This document shows positions 60,746 through 64,000 of a DNA stretch of 64,000 bases, one piece after another. The translations under genes and the position numbers were made by a program. Every line of letters starts with the position of its first letter. Within the stretch, counting starts at the first letter, position 1. The DNA is from Escherichia coli (GTDB lineage Bacteria; Pseudomonadota; Gammaproteobacteria; Enterobacterales; Enterobacteriaceae). The notes under the pieces are model-generated. The model worked only from the letters and a program-made list of their open reading frames with translations. It ran no database searches and was not told the DNA's origin. The stretch lies in assembly GCF_003334305.1 (NCBI RefSeq), contig NZ_QOWS01000001.1. One strand, 5' to 3'.

Positions 60746-61834
60746 TCACGGCAGGCGGTGGCGGGCTTGATAATAAGCCTGCCAGTGAGCTTCTTTATGT
60801 GTGGCGACTCGTTGTTCGAAGTAACGGCGCAGACGAGCGCGATCTTCTTCGTTATCTTTGACGATGGTTCCGGCAATGCAGTCCACCAGGTCGGCTGGCT
60901 CACCTGCGCGATTCGCTAAAAACCAGGCGCGGACGCCTACGGCGTGGGCCACGTTCACGGCTTCAGCGGTGGACATAATCGCTGTTAGTGTATCCATTGA
61001 CGTTTTCTTTTCGCCGTTGGCACGCAGATCGCGGAAGGTGCGGACCAGTAACTCCAGTACCGCGTCAGGCACTTTATGCGGAATACCGCTATGGGCCAGC
61101 AAACGCGCCGAAGCACTGGCGACAAGCTCCAGCTCCTGGGCGAAATCCATAATCGGAAAGACAGTTTCAAAATCGAAGCGACGCTTTAGCGCAGCACTCA
61201 TTTCATTGACGCCGCGATCTCGGGTATTGGCAGTGGCAATAATATTAAAGCCTTCTCGCGCATAGAGCTGACTGGCTTCACCAGTGAGTTCCGGCACCGT
61301 CATCACCCTGTCAGAAAGCATACCTAACAGACAGTCTTGCACTTCCAGCGGTGTACGCGTTATCTCTTCAAAACGGACGATTTTGCCGTCGCGCATTCCC
61401 TGGTAAAGCGGGGCAGGGACCAGCGCTTCCGTTGATGGACCATGATTGATAAGCAGGGCGTAGTTCCAGCCGTACTTGATTTGATCTTCGGTAGTAGATG
61501 CGCCGCCCTGGATGGTTAACCCGGCATCGCCGCTAATAGCGGTTGCCAGTAATTCAGACAGGAGAGATTTTGCGGTGCCAGGTTCCCCCACCAACATCAA
61601 ACCGCGCCCGGTGGCAAGAGTGACTAACATGCGTTCGACAGCGGAGGGACTAATCACCACTTTACGGCTAATATTTTGCGCGCTATCGCCAAGGATAAAA
61701 GCACGGGCCGCAGGCAAACTTAACTGCCAACCGGGCGGGCAAGGAGCGTTATCATTTTGTTTTAATTTTGCCAGTTCATCGGCGTATAACACAGCAGCAG
61801 GCGGACGCTGCAGATGATTATTCTGCGGTGACAT
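60746..61834 (-). CDS. yehL: MoxR-like AAA+ ATPase YehL, 362 aa
   Basis: ORF 60746..61915; start at 61834 (MSPQNNHLQRPPAA); Walker A GEPGTAKS. Confidence 0.9.
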   Translation of the reverse strand: MSPQNNHLQRPPAAVLYADELAKLKQNDNAPCPPGWQLSLPAARAFILGDSAQNISRKVVISPSAVERMLVTLATGRGLMLVGEPGTAKSLLSELLATAISGDAGLTIQGGASTTEDQIKYGWNYALLINHGPSTEALVPAPLYQGMRDGKIVRFEEITRTPLEVQDCLLGMLSDRVMTVPELTGEASQLYAREGFNIIATANTRDRGVNEMSAALKRRFDFETVFPIMDFAQELELVASASARLLAHSGIPHKVPDAVLELLVRTFRDLRANGEKKTSMDTLTAIMSTAEAVNVAHAVGVRAWFLANRAGEPADLVDCIAGTIVKDNEEDRARLRRYFEQRVATHKEAHWQAYYQARHRLP

Positions 61835-61944
61835 ATATTCATCCCTGAAATGTATTAATGAAATAAACGATATTTTACGCGCAATAAATGTTTGGCGCAT
61901 TAGTTGTTTGAGCAAAAAATATCTGGAAAGCAGATCGCAGTAAA

Positions 61945-62028
61945 TAAAAAAACCTGCTGGTGAGGCAGGTTCTTTTATTTACTATTTTCAGGCCTAACAC
62001 CACAGCCTGTGCAACATCGTGTTCCAAC
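61945..62028 (-). ncRNA. Candidate antisense sRNA antitoxin (OrzO/OrzP-type), about 84 nt
   Basis: Minus-strand TTGCAA-17 bp-TATAAT promoter (-10 at plus 62035-62040); predicted 5' end near 62028; strong terminator (AACCTGC-loop-GCAGGTT then TTTTT on minus); first ~20 nt complementary to the toxin leader at 62175-62194. Confidence 0.6.
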
Positions 62029-62034
62029 GAACGA

Positions 62035-62085
62035 ATTATAACCACGGCTGGACCCCGTTGCAATTAAGATAATGAGATTTATAAT
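62035..62085. promoter_or_regulatory. Back-to-back sigma70-like promoters sharing one palindromic -35 hexamer (toxin mRNA rightward, antisense sRNA leftward)
   Basis: Shared TTGCAA at 62058-62063; plus-strand TATAAT at 62080-62085 (16-bp spacer); minus-strand TATAAT at 62035-62040 (17-bp spacer). Confidence 0.55.
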
Positions 62086-62266
62086 CCAGACCGTTGGGAC
62101 GTTGCGCCGGATCGAACCTATTTCAAGTCCTGGCTACCGGACGGGGGGTGCTGCAGGTGGTGCCCTGATCCGGAGTGCAACATCGTGGTCCAACATACGT
62201 AAACCAGTATCGACAGGCAGTGTAAGGGTAAGGTGCTGGTGTTGCGCTCCTTAATAAGGAGAGCGG

Positions 62267-62356
62267 ATGGACTCGCTGACACAAAAGTTAACCGTGCTCA
62301 TTGCTGTACTGGAGCTATTAGTGGCTCTGTTACGGTTGATTGATTTGTTGAAGTAA
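62267..62356 (+). CDS. zorO/zorP: 29-aa hydrophobic peptide, type I toxin candidate (ZorO/ZorP-type)
   Basis: ATG 62267, AAGGAG 5 nt upstream; MDSLTQKLTVLIAVLELLVALLRLIDLLK, one predicted TM helix with charged ends; about 174-nt leader from the predicted start near 62093. Family name is from memory; which copy is zorO and which zorP is not resolved. Confidence 0.75.
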   Translation: MDSLTQKLTVLIAVLELLVALLRLIDLLK

Positions 62357-62377
62357 CGGGCAAATTGAAACGCATCT

Positions 62378-62402
62378 AAGGGGGAAAACCGCTTCCCCCT
62401 TT
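62378..62402 (+). terminator. Terminator hairpin of toxin mRNA copy 1
   Basis: AAGGGGGAA-aaccgc-TTCCCCCTT perfect 9-bp stem 22 nt after the stop; short U-tract. Confidence 0.5.
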
Positions 62403-62554
62403 AATAAAATGATTACTGTTTTTATTAATTCATCATATAACTCATTTTTATTTATAAATTCATCGATTTTATATTCAACGCACCATTTGACCGGGATGTG
62501 AATATTTATGTTGGGCTATTGGCAAAAAATATCTGGAAAGTAGATCGCAGAAAA

Positions 62555-62636
62555 TAAAAAAACCTGCTGGTGAGGCAGGTTCTTTTATTTACTACAGTGA
62601 CGCTAACTTGCTGATTGTGCAACATTTCGTACCAAC
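62555..62636 (-). ncRNA. Candidate antisense sRNA antitoxin, copy 2 (OrzO/OrzP-type), about 82 nt
   Basis: Minus-strand -10 TATAAT at plus 62643-62648 and shared -35 TTGCAA at 62666-62671; terminator 62561-62581 with U-tract; 5' region complementary to the copy-2 leader at 62783-62802. Confidence 0.6.
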
Positions 62637-62642
62637 GAATAA

Positions 62643-62693
62643 ATTATAACCATATCCACACTCCATTGCAATTCAGTGAGTGAGATTTATAAT
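62643..62693. promoter_or_regulatory. Back-to-back promoters of copy 2 sharing a palindromic -35
   Basis: TTGCAA at 62666-62671; plus-strand TATAAT 62688-62693; minus-strand TATAAT at plus 62643-62648. Confidence 0.5.
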
Positions 62694-62874
62694 CCTGCCC
62701 GTTGGGAGGTTGTGCCGGATCGGACCAATTTTAAGTCCTGGCTGCCGGACGGGTGGTGCCGCAGGCGGTGCCCTGATCCGGAGAGCAACGTTTCGTACCA
62801 ACATACGTAAACCAGTATCAACAGGCAGTGTAAGGGTAAGGTGCTGGTGTTGCGCTCCTTAATAAGGAGAGCGG

Positions 62875-62964
62875 ATGGACACGCTGACACAAAAGTTAAC
62901 CGTGCTCATTGCCGTACTGGAGTTATTAGTGGCTCTGTTACGGTTGATTGATTTGTTGAAGTAA
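62875..62964 (+). CDS. zorO/zorP: 29-aa hydrophobic peptide, type I toxin candidate copy 2 (ZorO/ZorP-type)
   Basis: ATG 62875 with AAGGAG upstream; MDTLTQKLTVLIAVLELLVALLRLIDLLK, differing from copy 1 only at residue 3 (S to T). Confidence 0.75.
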   Translation: MDTLTQKLTVLIAVLELLVALLRLIDLLK

Positions 62965-62985
62965 CGGGCAAATTGAAACGCATCT

Positions 62986-63010
62986 AAGGGGGAATACCGT
63001 TTCCCCCTTT
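62986..63010 (+). terminator. Terminator hairpin of toxin mRNA copy 2
   Basis: AAGGGGGAA-taccgt-TTCCCCCTT stem. Confidence 0.5.
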
Positions 63011-63018
63011 AAGAAAGC

Positions 63019-63073
63019 TATACTCGTCATACTTCAAGTTGCATGTGCTGCGACTTTAATTATCTAGAGTATA
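63019..63073. repeat. Truncated ERIC-like element abutting the yehK 3' end
   Basis: TATACTCGTCATACTTCAAGTTGCATGTGCTGCG ... AATTATCTAGAGTATA: ERIC terminal arms with the central part missing. Confidence 0.55.
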
Positions 63074-63391
63074 TTATTCTATTTCTTGGTTGAATATATT
63101 CTGTAGTTCACGATTAAAAATTGCTATTACAGTTTCAGGTGATTCACCTCGTAATTTCCGCTCATCAATACACTCATCTCTTATATAAATCAACGCATCA
63201 TTTATTAGCGGGTCAGCATCTTCTCGATCACGTTGATGAAATGTTGGATGTAGCCGGAATCGCTCCAGTCGATAGACGGAACCTGTAAATAATTCAGAGC
63301 ATTTATGGATCTCAAGTCTGAAGGAAAACGGATCTTCAGGTACAGGGACCTCATAATCGTAAATAGCAACTAGCTCTTTTTGCACGATCAT
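63074..63391 (-). CDS. yehK: Uncharacterised protein YehK, 105 aa
   Basis: 105-aa ORF (MIVQKELVAIYDYEVPVPEDPF...) between yehI and the repeat island. Confidence 0.85.
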   Translation of the reverse strand: MIVQKELVAIYDYEVPVPEDPFSFRLEIHKCSELFTGSVYRLERFRLHPTFHQRDREDADPLINDALIYIRDECIDERKLRGESPETVIAIFNRELQNIFNQEIE

Positions 63392-63451
63392 CGCTTTCCC
63401 CGCTGGTAAGTCGTGTAGATAACGGGCAGTCGCATCACTGCCCGCTGTGTT

Positions 63452-64000
63452 TTAATGGAAAATGACGTCAGGTGCGCTTAACGCCTCACTCAAATCAAAC
63501 ACATCAAGTTCGGCAAAAGTGACGGATTTATTGTCACGGTACACTCGAAGAGAACGGAAGCTCATTAGCGCTTTGCTATCAACATTGTAGTGGTTAAAAC
63601 CGGGTGAAAACTTAAGGACCAGCCGGTACTCGCCCAGGTCATAGACAAATGCATCCTCATAGCCTGACTCCCAGCCTTTGTATCGCATTCCCATAAGCTG
63701 CCCAACGGTAGCGGATTTACCTTCCCAGCGAGTCAGGCTGTTACTGGTTGACTCATCAGGTGTGAGCAGCACCGTGCACCGCGCCAACTGGCGAAAAGGC
63801 GGCATAATTTCGTAATCGGCAAAAAGCTGTGCAAATTCACTGCGCATTTCTACTGTCATTTCTAACGGGTGGGCAATGCCAATCAGAGCGTCCGCAGGCA
63901 GGTCAATTGGCTCATCTTGCGCATTGCAGAACTCCCCCTCTGCGGCCACACGAAAGGCGTTGAGTAAACAACGCGGTTCATTTGCCGGATAAGCCCCCCA
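63452..64000 (-). CDS. yehI: YehI (DUF4132 protein), C-terminal part only (gene continues beyond window end)
   Basis: Minus-strand open frame from the window edge to the stop at 63452; the track ORF 63452..63949 is its C-terminal portion; position before yehK. Confidence 0.8.
   Translation of the reverse strand, partial: WGAYPANEPRCLLNAFRVAAEGEFCNAQDEPIDLPADALIGIAHPLEMTVEMRSEFAQLFADYEIMPPFRQLARCTVLLTPDESTSNSLTRWEGKSATVGQLMGMRYKGWESGYEDAFVYDLGEYRLVLKFSPGFNHYNVDSKALMSFRSLRVYRDNKSVTFAELDVFDLSEALSAPDVIFH

Larger units (their letters stand above)
61913..62405. repeat. Tandem repeat unit 1 (about 490 bp) carrying a type I toxin-antitoxin-like module
   Basis: Aligns along its length with 62521..63012; begins AAAAAATATCTGGAAAG, ends at the AAGGGGGAA/TTCCCCCTT hairpin. 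Confidence 0.8.
62521..63012. repeat. Tandem repeat unit 2 (about 490 bp) carrying a second type I toxin-antitoxin-like module
   Basis: Same element order as unit 1: sRNA terminator, divergent promoters, leader, SD, 29-aa ORF, hairpin. Diverged mainly in the sRNA/leader pairing region. Confidence 0.8.

Noticed and set aside
62072-62254. 60-aa track ORFs at 62072..62254 and 62680..62862 inside the repeat units
   Set aside because: They cover the predicted toxin leader and contain the antisense pairing site and SD hairpin; no convincing ribosome-binding site; Arg/Gly/Cys-rich low-complexity translation. Treated as non-coding leader.
61913-63012. Tandem repeat considered as a possible CRISPR array
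   Set aside because: Only two units with a ~600 bp period, each carrying promoters, an ORF and terminators; no short regular repeat-spacer pattern and no cas genes nearby.

Overview
This 64 kb window reads as an Escherichia coli-type chromosomal segment running from yeiQ to yehI, reverse-complemented relative to the usual K-12 map orientation. Gene identities come from reading the supplied translations against remembered E. coli proteins; no database search was run, and start codons were adjusted by eye using Shine-Dalgarno spacing and ATGA overlaps. Most of the window is ordinary core genome: fruBKA, the psuKGT/rihB/nupX nucleoside cluster, nfo, lysP, cirA, folE, galS-mglBAC, preTA, cdd, dusC, mdtQ, dld, bglX, osmF-yehYXW, mlrA, btsSR and the yehLMPQ cluster. 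No rRNA, tRNA, CRISPR array, transposase or integrase was recognised. The one clearly accessory stretch is about 1.1 kb between yehL and yehK (61913-63012). It holds two tandem ~490 bp repeat units, each with a 29-aa hydrophobic peptide ORF behind a ~174-nt leader and a divergent ~80-nt antisense RNA candidate that shares a palindromic -35 hexamer and has a 5' end complementary to that leader. This is the architecture of a type I toxin-antitoxin pair and, from memory, matches the zorO-orzO / zorP-orzP family described in enterohaemorrhagic E. coli, so it is probably a known system rather than an undescribed one. Other points worth a second look are an apparent frameshift in yehM, an intact mdtQ, the uncharacterised MoxR/VWA/SWIM yehLMPQ operon, two ERIC elements, and a GC-rich hairpin cluster between dusC and yohP.
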